Positions 20,444 through 31,481 of a DNA stretch of 64,000 bases are shown piece by piece (positions within the stretch are counted from its first letter, which is position 1; each line of letters begins with the position of its first letter). The notes under the pieces were generated by a model, which worked only from the letters and a program-made list of their open reading frames with translations, searched no databases and was not told the origin of the DNA. Position numbers and translations under genes: made by a program. The stretch comes from an uncultured delta proteobacterium (GTDB lineage: Bacteria; Desulfobacterota; Syntrophia; Syntrophales; UBA2185): contig CAVSPA010000007.1 in assembly GCA_963729715.1 (NCBI GenBank), positions 256,001 through 320,000 on the forward strand, given 5' to 3'.

Positions 20444-21532
20444 ATGCTCATGGATACATACGAACAATTAAGGGAGATTCTGGATTCGCATCCCGCGACG
20501 GCGCCCAAGACGAAGTCCATTGACGAAATACTTCGCATGCTCTTTACTCCTGAGGAGGCACAGGTCGCTGTAAACATGAGCTTCAAGCCCAATAAGGCGG
20601 CAAGCATCGCCAAAACAGTGGGCATCTCGGAGGATGAAGCGAAAAAGAGGCTGGAGTCCATGGTCGGCAAGGGGATCATCTTTTCCAAGTCTAAAGAGGG
20701 TGAACAACTGTACGGGTTGGTCGGGCTCATTCCGGGGGTCTTTGAGTACCCTTTCATGAAAGGGGGCGGGACATCCATGCACAAGCGGCTGGCCCGACTA
20801 TGGGAGGAGTACCATCAAGAAGCCCTCGGCGCCTCTTTTGCCGGCAATCCCACACCTCTCATGCGGGTTGTTGCCGTGGAAAAATCCATCATGCACCAAG
20901 ACCGCGTTCACCCCTACGAAGAGGTCAAGCATCTGATCAACAACTCAAACTATATTGCGCTCACGCAATGTGCCTGCAGGGTCAGCGTGGCAAAATGCGA
21001 CAAACCGAAAGAGGTTTGCCTTGCCTTCGAGGGCGTGGGTGAATTTCTCGTAGAGCGGGGTTTTGCCCGCCGGATCAGCAAGGAGGAAGGGGTGAAGGTC
21101 CTGGATCAGGCGGAGGCTGCGGGTCTGGTTCACACGAGCAACAACAGCGCAGACCAGGCCCACGTGATCTGCAACTGCTGCCCATGCTGCTGCACCATTC
21201 TGCGCGGGAAAACCCAATTGCATCATCCCCATGCCTTTGAGCCCAGCCGATTTGTGTCCCACGTCAATAGCGATGAATGCACGGGATGCGGCATATGTGC
21301 CGATGAGCGCTGCCCGATGAAGGCAATTGAGATAAAAAATGATACCGCCAGCGTCGATGCTGCGAATTGCATCGGCTGCGGGCTCTGCGTGACGGGCTGC
21401 CCGGCTGGGGCTGTTGAACTTTTGCAAAGGGAACAGATTCCCCTTGTTCCGGCTACGGCCCAGGAAATGATCGTCAAGACCCTGCAGGAAAAGGGGCGGT
21501 TAGATAAATTCATGAAGATCATGCAGCGTTGA
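20444..21532 (+). CDS. wHTH + Cys-rich + 2x[4Fe-4S] ferredoxin-domain protein
   Basis: CACR, ICNCCPCCC, two ferredoxin motifs; paralog of 18869..19996. Confidence 0.88.
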   Translation: MLMDTYEQLREILDSHPATAPKTKSIDEILRMLFTPEEAQVAVNMSFKPNKAASIAKTVGISEDEAKKRLESMVGKGIIFSKSKEGEQLYGLVGLIPGVFEYPFMKGGGTSMHKRLARLWEEYHQEALGASFAGNPTPLMRVVAVEKSIMHQDRVHPYEEVKHLINNSNYIALTQCACRVSVAKCDKPKEVCLAFEGVGEFLVERGFARRISKEEGVKVLDQAEAAGLVHTSNNSADQAHVICNCCPCCCTILRGKTQLHHPHAFEPSRFVSHVNSDECTGCGICADERCPMKAIEIKNDTASVDAANCIGCGLCVTGCPAGAVELLQREQIPLVPATAQEMIVKTLQEKGRLDKFMKIMQR

Positions 21533-21647
21533 GATGCATGATTAAAGGTGGAATTAATGATAGCGGCCATAACATTTGTGGGGTCGCCTTACCAATTTTT
21601 GATGCGATCAATTTGTCATCGAGCTATTGTTCAATCTGAGTAAAGAA

Positions 21648-21770
21648 CCCCGTGCTTCCGCACGGGGCATTAAAACTCAAAATCTAACTGCTTGGGAGCT
21701 TTTCTTCATGCTTATGATACTCAATTCCTAAAGAACGGAAACCCTTTCCTCCCCGTGCTTCCGCACGGGG
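21648..21770. mobile_element. Non-autonomous IS200/IS605-like palindromic mini-element (putative)
   Basis: Identical 20-bp hairpins CCCCGTGCTTCCGCACGGGG at 21648-21667 and 21751-21770; no ORF between. Confidence 0.55.
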
Positions 21771-22021
21771 TATCCAGGGTTTGATTTTCATGAATTTACA
21801 ATCAGTCCGGTCTGAGGTAAGTTTTATAGGCTGTACCGAAGCGCTGATTCTATTCGATGCTTCATAATTCTTTCCCCCTAAAGCTAAGAGTGAAAATGTT
21901 TTTTAAAGCGCTTCCTTTTCAGATCTTACCTTTTATTCTCAGTATTAATAACACGGCATTTGATGATCGGTTTTCGTCCTTTTGGTCGAAACGTCTTTAA
22001 TTGAAAAAGGAGGTAGGCGAT

Positions 22022-22978
22022 ATGTTGAAAGTAAGGAACGTCGGTGTCGTTGGCACGGGATTGATCGGTGCGAGTTGGGCTGCTTACTATGCAAGCAAGG
22101 ATTTCAAGGTGAAGATGTTTGATAAGATCGGCGCGGCGCAGGAGAGCGGCCTGCAGAGGGCAATCGCCTATCTCGACGGGCTTGTCCAATATGGTCTTAT
22201 CGAAAGGTCGCGGGCCCAAAAAATGAAAGGGAATATCAGTTCCGCCGGTTCCCTGGAGCAGGCTGTTTCCGATGCGGATTATGTTCAGGAATCCGCGTCA
22301 GAAAATTTCGAAATCAAGATACCGCTATTTTCCGAGATGGATGCCATTGCGAAACCGGACGCGGTCCTGGCCAGCAGTTCCTCGTCTCTTCCCATGACGC
22401 GGGTGCAGAAATCCGTGAAGAGGCCCGGGCGCTGTGTCGTTGCTCATCCCTTCAATCCGCCGCACCTGGTACCGCTGGTGGAAATTGTGCCCGGAAATCA
22501 GACAACCCCTCAGACCGTTGAAGACGTGAGGACTTTTTTTAACGGTCTCGGAAAAATGCCTGTCGTTCTGAAGAAGGAAACAACGGGGTTCATCGCCAAT
22601 CGCCTCGCTGCCGCCCTGTGGAGAGAGGCTGTAGATCTTGTGCTGAACGGCGTCGCCAGTGTCCAGGACGTCGACCGGGCTCTTTTCGCCGGTCCGGGCA
22701 TACGCTGGGCATTCATGGGCCAACACCTCATTTATCATTTAGGCGGCGGCGAGGGAGGCTACGACTATTTCATCAAGCATATCGGAAAGGCGTTCGGAGA
22801 CATATGGAAAGATATGGCGACCTGGAATGAGATTTCCGATGATTCCAAGAGTAAACTTGTACAGGGTATGGATGAAGTAATGTCCGGTAAGAAGCTCAAC
22901 GACGTCGCCCAGTGGCGCGACAAGAAGATCGTCGCCTTGCTCAAGACGATATACGGCGAAGAGCCGCCGATCGAATAG
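22022..22978 (+). CDS. 3-hydroxyacyl-CoA dehydrogenase family (carnitine DH-like)
   Basis: GTGLIG, QESASE, HPFNPPHL, GFIANRL, GPGIRWA. Confidence 0.9.
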   Translation: MLKVRNVGVVGTGLIGASWAAYYASKDFKVKMFDKIGAAQESGLQRAIAYLDGLVQYGLIERSRAQKMKGNISSAGSLEQAVSDADYVQESASENFEIKIPLFSEMDAIAKPDAVLASSSSSLPMTRVQKSVKRPGRCVVAHPFNPPHLVPLVEIVPGNQTTPQTVEDVRTFFNGLGKMPVVLKKETTGFIANRLAAALWREAVDLVLNGVASVQDVDRALFAGPGIRWAFMGQHLIYHLGGGEGGYDYFIKHIGKAFGDIWKDMATWNEISDDSKSKLVQGMDEVMSGKKLNDVAQWRDKKIVALLKTIYGEEPPIE

Positions 22979-23085
22979 CCTTGACATAATCCTGCGGCAA
23001 GCCACAATCTCAAAAAGTTGTTGTGTAACAAACATCGGTAAGGTAAAGTAACAGATAGAAGATAAATAAAAAAGGAGGTCATTTT

Positions 23086-23535
23086 ATGTTTGCACCAAAA
23101 AACATTCTCGTTCCGACAGATTTTTCCAAGTATTCAGATGCAGCCTTGAAGAAGGCCATTGACATGGCAAGCCGACATGAAGCCAAAATCTACCTCTTGC
23201 ATGTTATAGATAAGGGGATTCAGGATTGCGCAATTGACTATTGTCTCGACTATAAGCTCATCGAGGCGCTAAAAAGGGACAGTCTCAGAGAAGCCAAGGC
23301 CAAGCTAAAGAAGGAAGCTGATGAAATTGCCAAGAAGAAGAAAATCAAAATTTCTTTTGATATTAAGAGAGGCTTCCCTGCTGAAGTTATACTGAGTGAG
23401 CAGAAGGCGAAGAAGATTGACTTAGTCGTGATATCATCGCATGGAAAAACAGGCATTCTAAAGCAAATGATGGGCAGTGTAGCAGACAAGGTGGTCAAAG
23501 GCGCTTCATGCCCTGTCATGGTAGTTAAACCTTGA
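23086..23535 (+). CDS. Universal stress protein
   Basis: ILVPTDFS, SSHGKTG, GSVADKVV..A.CPV. Confidence 0.93.
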   Translation: MFAPKNILVPTDFSKYSDAALKKAIDMASRHEAKIYLLHVIDKGIQDCAIDYCLDYKLIEALKRDSLREAKAKLKKEADEIAKKKKIKISFDIKRGFPAEVILSEQKAKKIDLVVISSHGKTGILKQMMGSVADKVVKGASCPVMVVKP

Positions 23536-23758
23536 GATATCAGGTTGAAAATATTTAATTACTGAACATTTTATTACAGAGCTAACACTATCTTCTTTTT
23601 GCAGGTCACCACCGAGCCGTCTGTTTCACCAGGCGGCTCTTCCATTTCAGGAACCTTGTCCGGTTCGCGCCCATCGATTGTCAACCATATTCTTCTTGAC
23701 AAGCTAGTGTGAGTTATCTATGTACGCACGCGACTATCATTACCCAGGAGGACTTCAG

Positions 23759-24988
23759 ATGAGCGACAACAAACTGTTTGGAATGGCGGAGGAGTCGGGA
23801 CGATGGCTTTTTGTGGTCTTTGGATTCATCATCAATCTCTGTTTAGGCAGTGTTTATGCGTACAGCGTATTCGCCAAGCCCGTGAGGGGGTTGATGAACG
23901 TCACCGCAACGGAAGCGGGTCTTCCCTTCATGATCTTCCTGGCCTGTTTTGCTGTTCTGGTGTTCATCGGTGGCCAGTTGATAGCAAGATTGGGGCCGAG
24001 GAATCTCGGCATCCTGGGTGGCGTTATCCTCGGGATCGGTTGGATGTTGGCGAGTCAGTCGTCAAATATTTTCATGCTGTCAATCAGCTACGGCGTCATC
24101 GGCGGCGGCGGTGTGGGTTTAGCCTACGGAGTACCCCTGGCCGTCGTCGGCAGATGGTTCCCGGATAGGAGAGGCCTTGCCCTCGGACTAACGCTGGCCG
24201 GTTTCGGCGGGTCACCCTTCATCTCCGCAAACGTCGCAGCTGCCCTTATCAAATCTGTCGGCCCCATGCAGACGTTCCTGTATTTAGGCGCTGTCTTCCT
24301 CGTTTTAGTCTGCATCCTCTTCATTCCCTTCCGTTATCCCCAGGAGGGATGGAAGCCTGCAGGATGGACTCCGCCGGCTGCCGCCCATCTTGGAGGAGCG
24401 GATTTAAATATGAAACAGATGGCCGGTACATCCACATTCTACGGCCTATTTCTCTGCTACACCATCGGCTGTCTTGCCGGTCTTATGGCCATCGGCATCT
24501 CCAGCCCTGTTGCCCAGGAAATCATTAAGATCGACGCCGCAACGGCTGCTACCCTCGTCGGCGTGTTTGCCATCTTCAATGGCGCCGGACGGCCCCTCTT
24601 CGGAGTTCTTACTGACAAATTAACTCCCCGGATTGCAGCTATCATCTCTTACGTCATCATCCTTGTTTGTTCACTGGGTATGTTGATGGCGAACGAGGGA
24701 AGTATTGTCCTTTATGTCGTCTGCTTCATAGGTTTCTGGCTTTGCTTAGGTGGATGGCTGGCCATCGCGCCGACAGCAACGACCTCATTTTTCGGCGTGA
24801 GGAACTACGCGAAGAACTACGGCCTTGTCTATTTTGCCTACGGTGTGGGCGCTATTCTCGGCGGCATCATCTCCGGTCAGGCGAAGGATGCCTTTGGCTC
24901 TTACGCCGTTGCATTCTATCCTACGGCAGCTCTTGCCGTCGTGGGTATGATCATCGCCTTTCTGCTTTTGAAGCCACCCAAAAAATAG
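23759..24988 (+). CDS. OFA-family MFS transporter (oxalate/formate antiporter-like)
   Basis: Multi-TM protein; WFPDRRGLA, FNGAGR, FFG..NY..NYG. Confidence 0.88.
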   Translation: MSDNKLFGMAEESGRWLFVVFGFIINLCLGSVYAYSVFAKPVRGLMNVTATEAGLPFMIFLACFAVLVFIGGQLIARLGPRNLGILGGVILGIGWMLASQSSNIFMLSISYGVIGGGGVGLAYGVPLAVVGRWFPDRRGLALGLTLAGFGGSPFISANVAAALIKSVGPMQTFLYLGAVFLVLVCILFIPFRYPQEGWKPAGWTPPAAAHLGGADLNMKQMAGTSTFYGLFLCYTIGCLAGLMAIGISSPVAQEIIKIDAATAATLVGVFAIFNGAGRPLFGVLTDKLTPRIAAIISYVIILVCSLGMLMANEGSIVLYVVCFIGFWLCLGGWLAIAPTATTSFFGVRNYAKNYGLVYFAYGVGAILGGIISGQAKDAFGSYAVAFYPTAALAVVGMIIAFLLLKPPKK

Positions 24989-25239
24989 GTCTCAATCAGT
25001 CTTGCACTGGATAACGTAGGACTCACAGAAAGCGAAACATTAAAAGCCATGGCTGAAACAGCGATGGACTTTTTCATCAGCCTGCGGGCATGAGAATTAA
25101 TTGCCGGGGATGTCGCCCAATTAAAATATTCTTGACGCCTTCTCAGGCTTTTTGAAGCGGCAAATCAGGTTATTCCTGATTGTGATTCGCTGCTCGACCC
25201 TGTACCTTGAATCCAGATGTCGCTGTGAAAGTTAAAACC

Positions 25240-25749
25240 ATGAAAGCGTCACTTACCCTATCCTTCATCATCGCGGTAATATTGCTGACAGGACAAGCCG
25301 GATTTGCGGATAGCAAGACGGCTCTCGAGCAACTTCAGCAAACAAAGAAGTGTCAGGCCTGCGATCTGTCACTCATGGACTTTTCCGGCGCTAACCTCGC
25401 TGGCGTAGATCTGGCAGGCGCAGATGTATCAGCCACAGACCTTTCCGGCGCTGATCTCACTGGTGCAGATCTGACAAGTGCAACACTCGCCGGAGCAGAC
25501 CTTTCCGGTGCAAACCTGTCCTTCACAAAATTTCGTGATGCAAGCTTGGCCAAGGCAAACCTGTCCAATGCGAATCTGACCTCCGCAGACCTGTCCGGCG
25601 CGGACATGAGAGATGCAAATCTGTCCGGCGCGGACCTGGTCGATGCTACTGTGAACGGTACATACTTAACAGACGCGGACCTATCAGGCGCTGTCTGGAT
25701 TGATGGGACTAAGTGTCAGGACGGCTCCAGCGGCGATTGCTTGAAGTAA
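25240..25749 (+). CDS. Exported pentapeptide-repeat protein
   Basis: Signal peptide, CxxC, repeated A(D/N)LSG units. Confidence 0.9.
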   Translation: MKASLTLSFIIAVILLTGQAGFADSKTALEQLQQTKKCQACDLSLMDFSGANLAGVDLAGADVSATDLSGADLTGADLTSATLAGADLSGANLSFTKFRDASLAKANLSNANLTSADLSGADMRDANLSGADLVDATVNGTYLTDADLSGAVWIDGTKCQDGSSGDCLK

Positions 25750-25804
25750 ATTCCATCCGCTCGATCCTCGTTCAAAATCAGTCTGAGGCAGATCAATATA
25801 TAGT

Positions 25805-26713
25805 TCACTTTTCCGCCCGTCGATTTCTCAAGAAAGCAATGGCGCCCAGGAGTCCTATTCCTGAAAGGATTAAAATGATGCCAAGGCCCTCGCGCAAAGA
25901 CGGGATTTCGCTGAGCTGAATGCGGGCGGAGATAAGGGCAAGCACCGGAGTAACGAGAGTTCCCATCGTCGCCATCCCTGCCTGAAGCTTATCCAGTATA
26001 TAAAACCAGAGCAGGAATGCAATGACGCATACAAGAATGATATTATATAGCAGGGCGACAATGAATACGGGGGTCCACTGGATGGGAGGCGACGGTATCA
26101 AAATGGAAATAATTATAAGAGGCACTGTGCCGTAAATCATCTGCCAGGTCGTAACCGACAGAACGTCAAATTCAGGATCACGCTTCATTATCCTGGTGAT
26201 GATGGCGCTTCCCGCCCATGATATTCCCGCTATCACCGCAAGGATACTCGACCAGAGGTTTACTCCGATGGCATCGACGGCAACAATCAGCGCAAGTCCT
26301 ACGAAAGCTAGAATTACGGCCAGCCATTCAAGGCCCCTTATCCTTTCGCCCAGTATAGGCCAGGCGAGGAGAATAGTCCAGAACGGCATCGTATAAAGGA
26401 GCACTGCCGTCTTCCCCGCAGCGCCGCCTGCGAGAGCCCACAAAGGAACGCCGGAACCCACAGTCGTGGAAAGAAAACCCAGAAGAAGTGTCCATTTCAC
26501 CTGCCGCGGACGCCAATCTTCCTTAGTCCAGACTAGTATAACGAAAAGGCAGATAGCTGCCGGTAATATCCGGATAGCGGCAAACACAAATGGATCGCAG
26601 AAACGGAGGCCCTCCTTCATGACTACCCAGTTATAGCCCCAGATGGCGCTCATGACTGCGAGGGCAAGAACGGGTTTCCCGGTGGTGGTTTCGGAGGTTG
26701 TCTTGGGGCACAT
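25805..26713 (-). CDS. DMT/EamA transporter
   Basis: IWGYNWVVMK, YTMPFW, LGER; multi-TM; start uncertain. Confidence 0.88.
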   Translation of the reverse strand: MCPKTTSETTTGKPVLALAVMSAIWGYNWVVMKEGLRFCDPFVFAAIRILPAAICLFVILVWTKEDWRPRQVKWTLLLGFLSTTVGSGVPLWALAGGAAGKTAVLLYTMPFWTILLAWPILGERIRGLEWLAVILAFVGLALIVAVDAIGVNLWSSILAVIAGISWAGSAIITRIMKRDPEFDVLSVTTWQMIYGTVPLIIISILIPSPPIQWTPVFIVALLYNIILVCVIAFLLWFYILDKLQAGMATMGTLVTPVLALISARIQLSEIPSLREGLGIILILSGIGLLGAIAFLRNRRAEK

Positions 26714-26901
26714 GGTTGGCAAACTTAGGAGATCGCGCCCGTCCTGTCAAGTAATTCTATCACACCAAAGAAGGACGAGCGCCATTTGAACTGGCAGTCA
26801 TGGAGACAACATCTTCAGATGTCCGTCGAACGGACGGCGCCGGTGTACGCGCCGTCCGCGAATCGCGCTAAGACCAGATGTTGCCGTGCGGCATGTTTCT
26901 C

Positions 26902-28239
26902 TCAGCGCGGTAACGGTTTGCCCTTTGTCTCCGGCAGAAAGAAGCACGCTGCAAGACCCAAGAAGTAGATCATGCCCAGGCTCATCGCAGCCGTACTTAT
27001 GCCGCCGAAGCTCTTGATGATCGAGGCCGCCACAATAGGACCCATGAAAGCTATAAGTCGGGTGGCGTTAAAGATGAAGCTCGCGGCGGTGGAGCGTACG
27101 GCCGTAGAGAACAACTCCGGGAGATAGATGGCAAACCATGAATACTGCCCGAGCGTAAAGAATCCATTGATTGCCGCCGCAATGAGCACCGCTTGCAGAT
27201 CATGCGTCCAGACGTATGTAATCGGCGTCAGAATAAGTGAACCGATGAAAAGGAATGCGAGGTATTTCCGGCGTCCCATCCAGTCTGCCAGAAAGCCCGA
27301 TACCAGATAGCCGGCGATGGCGCCGGCGTTGTAGATCATGCCCGCCGTGCTTCCCCAGTACGCCAGGTTCTGATATCCTTCTGACTTGGCAATGGATGCC
27401 ACATACCCGGGGAGAAAGGATGATATTGCATACCAGCCCACCATGGTGGTCAATGACATGGCGAATGTGAGCAGCACGCGGCGGCGGCTCTCGGGCGCCT
27501 GGAAGATCTCAGTCAGCGTGAAGGGTCGCTTTGCCTGCGGCCCCGATACTTCTGAATCCACCTCTGTCGCAGCCCAGCGCTTCTCGCGCACCGTGTCGAT
27601 CCAGCGCTGCGACTCATCAATCTTCCTTCTGATGTAGAATACGAAAAATGCCGGCATAACGCCGACGACAAACAACCATCGCCAGGCCTGCGCCCCCAGC
27701 GGGTGCACGAGGTACCACACGAGCGAAGCGAGGAATGTCCCGAAGCCGAATCCGGACTGCATGAAGCCGGCCCCTTTGGGACGGGCGCGATCGGGCCATG
27801 TTTCAGCAATCAATGTCGCTCCCGTGCTCCATTCGCTTCCCATGGCCAGACCGGTAAGAAACCGCAATGCGATCAGCGATTCCACGCTCCAGCTCAAAGC
27901 GGTCAACCCGGTAAAAAATGCATAGCCGAGAATCGAGTAGATCATCATCCGCTTGCGCCCGATATAATCGGTTATTGTACCGCCGATCACACCGCCCACA
28001 CCCCAGCCGAGCAGGGTGACGCCGATGGTCAGCCCTGCGTAAGCCCCCAACTGAGAGCGAGCCTCAGGCGGAAGCAGAGTGGTCAGGATGGGTCCAATCG
28101 CCACGATGAGTGCGAAGGTTTCGTACCCGTCAAAGATCCATCCGAGAAAACTTGCCCACAGCACGCGCCAATGTTTGGGGGTGAGTCCCTGATACCATGA
28201 GCCTGTCTCGACTGATGTTGCAACTGCACTGCCGGTCAT
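26902..28239 (-). CDS. MFS transporter (aromatic acid / sialate-like)
   Basis: DYIGRKR motif A, ETWP..RPKG, PETKG; AGGAGGT RBS. Confidence 0.9.
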   Translation of the reverse strand: MTGSAVATSVETGSWYQGLTPKHWRVLWASFLGWIFDGYETFALIVAIGPILTTLLPPEARSQLGAYAGLTIGVTLLGWGVGGVIGGTITDYIGRKRMMIYSILGYAFFTGLTALSWSVESLIALRFLTGLAMGSEWSTGATLIAETWPDRARPKGAGFMQSGFGFGTFLASLVWYLVHPLGAQAWRWLFVVGVMPAFFVFYIRRKIDESQRWIDTVREKRWAATEVDSEVSGPQAKRPFTLTEIFQAPESRRRVLLTFAMSLTTMVGWYAISSFLPGYVASIAKSEGYQNLAYWGSTAGMIYNAGAIAGYLVSGFLADWMGRRKYLAFLFIGSLILTPITYVWTHDLQAVLIAAAINGFFTLGQYSWFAIYLPELFSTAVRSTAASFIFNATRLIAFMGPIVAASIIKSFGGISTAAMSLGMIYFLGLAACFFLPETKGKPLPR

Positions 28240-28378
28240 TGCTCGCACCTCCTTTTCTTAGGTAAAGAAAATTATAATAACAATTTAATTTGACAGTAAG
28301 GTTCTGTCAATAAAATGTTTGAAAGACATTCCCGCGAATGCCGCCTATTAATAGGAGAAGGCCGGAAACGAAACCCAG

Positions 28379-30046
28379 CTAAGATTTGCCTTCTCTTTTC
28401 TTCGCCTCCATATCCCGGAGTTCCCTGCGCAGAATTTTCCCTACGACGCTCTTGGGAAGGGCGGCGATGAACTCAACCAGCTTAGGTACTTTGTATCCCG
28501 CAAGCTTTTCTTTGCAGAAGTCAATGACCTCTTCCGCCGTCAGGGTTTGGCCCGGCTTTGTAACAACAAAAACCTTTACGGTCTCTCCGCGATAGGCATC
28601 GGGAACGCCGATGGTGCATACTTCCAGAATCTTCGGATGCGTGATCAGCAACTCGTCGATCTCTTTGGGATATACATTGAAGCCGCTCGCATTGATGACA
28701 TCCTTCTTGCGGTCCACAATGGTGACATATCCGTCCTCGTCGATGAAACCGACGTCGCCTGTCTTGAGCCAGCCGTCTTCCATGACTATCGCCGTTTCTT
28801 CCGGTCTCTTGTAATAGCCCGTCATGACCTGAGGGCCTTTGAAGCATATCTCACCGATCTCGCCAATCTTAAGCTCCTTCTTCCCTGTATCGAGGTCCAC
28901 GATTCTCAGATCCGTGCTCGGCAGGGGGACGCCTACAGTTTCCGGTTTTTCCTTTCCACCCCAGGGGGTGGCTGTCCCCATGGGAGTGATTTCCGTCAAT
29001 CCGTATACATTGATCAAGGGCACGTTCCGGACTTTCTTCAGCTTCTCGATGGTATCTATGGCCATGGGAGCGGCGCCGGTGATATAGACCTTCACAAAGG
29101 AGAGATCCATGTGGACAAATTTTTCATTATTCAACAGGGCGACAAAAATCGTGGAAACGCCCGGCAGCAAGGTCGGCTTGAACTTATCGATGAGGTCGAG
29201 GATCTGGCCGGGCTCCGGCCTGGGAACCAGGATATCCACCCACGCGGCATAGACACAGGTATTGTGCATACCCGTCCAGCCTGCCGCGTGAAAAAATGGA
29301 TAAATGGCGAGCATTCTCTCTTCACCGTCCTTTCCGGCGCTGAACCACGTACGGAATTGTTGCGTGTTGAAAGAAATATTGGCATGGCTCAGCATGGCCG
29401 CCTTGCTGATCCCCGTCGTGCCTCCTGTATAGATGAGGGCGCCCAGATCGTTGAGTGTCGCCATATTACGGACGGGTGTGTCGCTTTCGCTTTGGGCATT
29501 GAGCAAATCCATGAAATGGTATACCCCCTCTTGGGGCGCAACGTCCGCCGGCGGGAACGCGGGTTTGAGCTGCGGCGGAAGATAATCACAGAGAGAACAG
29601 AGGATGACTTTTTTTACCTGCGTCTTTTCCTGCAGTTTCTTGGCTACGGGGAACATCACATCGAGGGTAACGAGGAATGTAGAATTTGAATCATTCAATT
29701 GATAGGAAAGCTCGGTCTCCGTATAAAGGGGATTGTTCATCACCGTAACTGCGCCTATGCGGAATGCGGCAAAATCAGCAATCACGATCTGTGGAATATT
29801 GGGAAGAACCATGGCCACCTTGTCGCCTTTTTTCACGCCCAGTGAAAGAAGCACTTTCGCAAACCTGTTGACGAGGTTTTCGAGTTCCTGATAGGTGATC
29901 TCTGTGCCCATGAAAATGAGGGCCGCATGGTTCGGGAATTTCCTGGCAGTCCGGGTGAGAACTTCAGGCATGGTCATTTTCTCAAACTGGATTTCCGGAG
30001 GTATGCCGGCCGGATAATTCTTGTGCCATATCCTCGTAAAGCTCAT
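28379..30046 (-). CDS. Long-chain fatty acid--CoA ligase
   Basis: YTGGTTG, YGLTE, TGD, DRKKD, PKS.VGK. Confidence 0.93.
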   Translation of the reverse strand: MSFTRIWHKNYPAGIPPEIQFEKMTMPEVLTRTARKFPNHAALIFMGTEITYQELENLVNRFAKVLLSLGVKKGDKVAMVLPNIPQIVIADFAAFRIGAVTVMNNPLYTETELSYQLNDSNSTFLVTLDVMFPVAKKLQEKTQVKKVILCSLCDYLPPQLKPAFPPADVAPQEGVYHFMDLLNAQSESDTPVRNMATLNDLGALIYTGGTTGISKAAMLSHANISFNTQQFRTWFSAGKDGEERMLAIYPFFHAAGWTGMHNTCVYAAWVDILVPRPEPGQILDLIDKFKPTLLPGVSTIFVALLNNEKFVHMDLSFVKVYITGAAPMAIDTIEKLKKVRNVPLINVYGLTEITPMGTATPWGGKEKPETVGVPLPSTDLRIVDLDTGKKELKIGEIGEICFKGPQVMTGYYKRPEETAIVMEDGWLKTGDVGFIDEDGYVTIVDRKKDVINASGFNVYPKEIDELLITHPKILEVCTIGVPDAYRGETVKVFVVTKPGQTLTAEEVIDFCKEKLAGYKVPKLVEFIAALPKSVVGKILRRELRDMEAKKREGKS

Positions 30047-30306
30047 GATAGCCCTCCTTCATATGGACATTCGAACGCTTTTTGACATTGATAAGATATT
30101 TATTTTTTACAGGTGGAGAATAAGGGTCTCGGCGCTTGTATGTCAAGAGAGTTTTTCTAAAAAATGCAGCGAGCGCTACTGTAACACCGGAACATGCGAT
30201 AATTAATCGTATTGATTCCCATATTCTTCATTTGAAAAACCTGGTAATTTATGTAAGAATCCAGATAGAAATTCGCAACAACTTTCAAGAACTGTAAATA
30301 TCAAAT

Positions 30307-30870
30307 ATGTTTTTCATTGACTATCTCGCAAAAAAGCCAACCCCATTCATTTGGACTATCGCCCTTCTGCTAAATTTGATTATCGGCGTCATTGATTATT
30401 TAACGGGTTACGAAATAGGGATGGAAGTATTTTATTTAATGCCTATCTGTCTTTTATCCTGGCTTGTCAATAGAAGAACAGGAATTATTATGTCGGTTAT
30501 CAGCACAGCAACGCTCATGACTGCAAATCTTCTTGCCGGAAAAAATATTGTGAATTATTTTATTTATTATTGGAATATTTTTGTCCATTTCGGTTTCTTC
30601 ATAGTCGTTGTTTGCTTGATATCTGCGGAGAAAATTATTTCGGATAATAACGAGATGCTCATAGACAAACTTCAGAAGTCCATTGAAGAGATAAAAACAC
30701 TGAGCGGATTGTTGCCCATGTGTTCCGCCTGCAAGAAGATTCGTGATGATGATGGCTACTGGAAGCAGATAGAGCATTACATCAGTGAGTATACGGATGC
30801 AAGATTCAGCCACAGCATTTGTCCGGACTGCAAGGAAAAACTATATCCCGGATTCGGAAAGAACAAGTAA
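30307..30870 (+). CDS. Membrane protein with C-terminal CxxC...CxxC signalling-associated domain
   Basis: Hydrophobic TM segments then LPMCSACKKIRDD.GYW...SHSICPDC. Confidence 0.8.
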   Translation: MFFIDYLAKKPTPFIWTIALLLNLIIGVIDYLTGYEIGMEVFYLMPICLLSWLVNRRTGIIMSVISTATLMTANLLAGKNIVNYFIYYWNIFVHFGFFIVVVCLISAEKIISDNNEMLIDKLQKSIEEIKTLSGLLPMCSACKKIRDDDGYWKQIEHYISEYTDARFSHSICPDCKEKLYPGFGKNK

Positions 30871-30960
30871 ACGAGTTTAAGGCCGCACAGAAGAAGTCGT
30901 CAAAAAATAATCTACAGGGAATGGCTTTCCGGAAGCCAATGGAAGGATGGGGAAAAATCA

Positions 30961-30995
30961 GATGCCGATGCCTTTAAGAAAAAGGCATCGGCATC
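30961..30995. terminator. Hairpin between convergent genes
   Basis: GATGCCGATGCCTTT-N5-AAAGGCATCGGCATC. Confidence 0.6.
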
Positions 30996-31042
30996 AAAGA
31001 TTAACTGGTTAGCTGTTTGTTGTCCTGACCGATCCCTTATTA

Positions 31043-31369
31043 CTAAAAGTTCAATATGCCGTCTTCCATTAACTCAACTACTTCTTTGTGGCCTCTTTTC
31101 GCCAGGCTTGAGTCATTATATTCTTTCATATAATAAGAATGCTCTACATCGCTCTTGCCATTCTTATCACACTTATAGACATGTGTTACATATTGCCGTG
31201 GGGAGACGGAATTTCCGTTTATGCTCTTGTATATTGGATCTGACTTATCCTGCCATACACGGCTTGTCGATACACAGTAATATTCCCAGGGCCACCACTT
31301 TGCTACGATTGCACAATCAACCTGTGGGAGTTCCGGCCAGAGAGTATCAAGCACCCAACGCGCTTTCAT
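31043..31369 (-). CDS. Hypothetical protein
   Basis: 108-aa ORF, GAGG upstream; no recognised motif. Confidence 0.5.
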   Translation of the reverse strand: MKARWVLDTLWPELPQVDCAIVAKWWPWEYYCVSTSRVWQDKSDPIYKSINGNSVSPRQYVTHVYKCDKNGKSDVEHSYYMKEYNDSSLAKRGHKEVVELMEDGILNF

Positions 31370-31481
31370 TATAATTTTCAGGACCTCTCATGTTAGATAA
31401 GCAGATACGGTTTTATAAAAGAACGGCACTCCCTCACATGGTAAACCATATAGGAGCGACTCTTTCTTTCCGATCATGAAC

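Noticed and set aside
25360..25700. 15/30-bp periodic repeats
   Set aside because: Explained by pentapeptide-repeat coding
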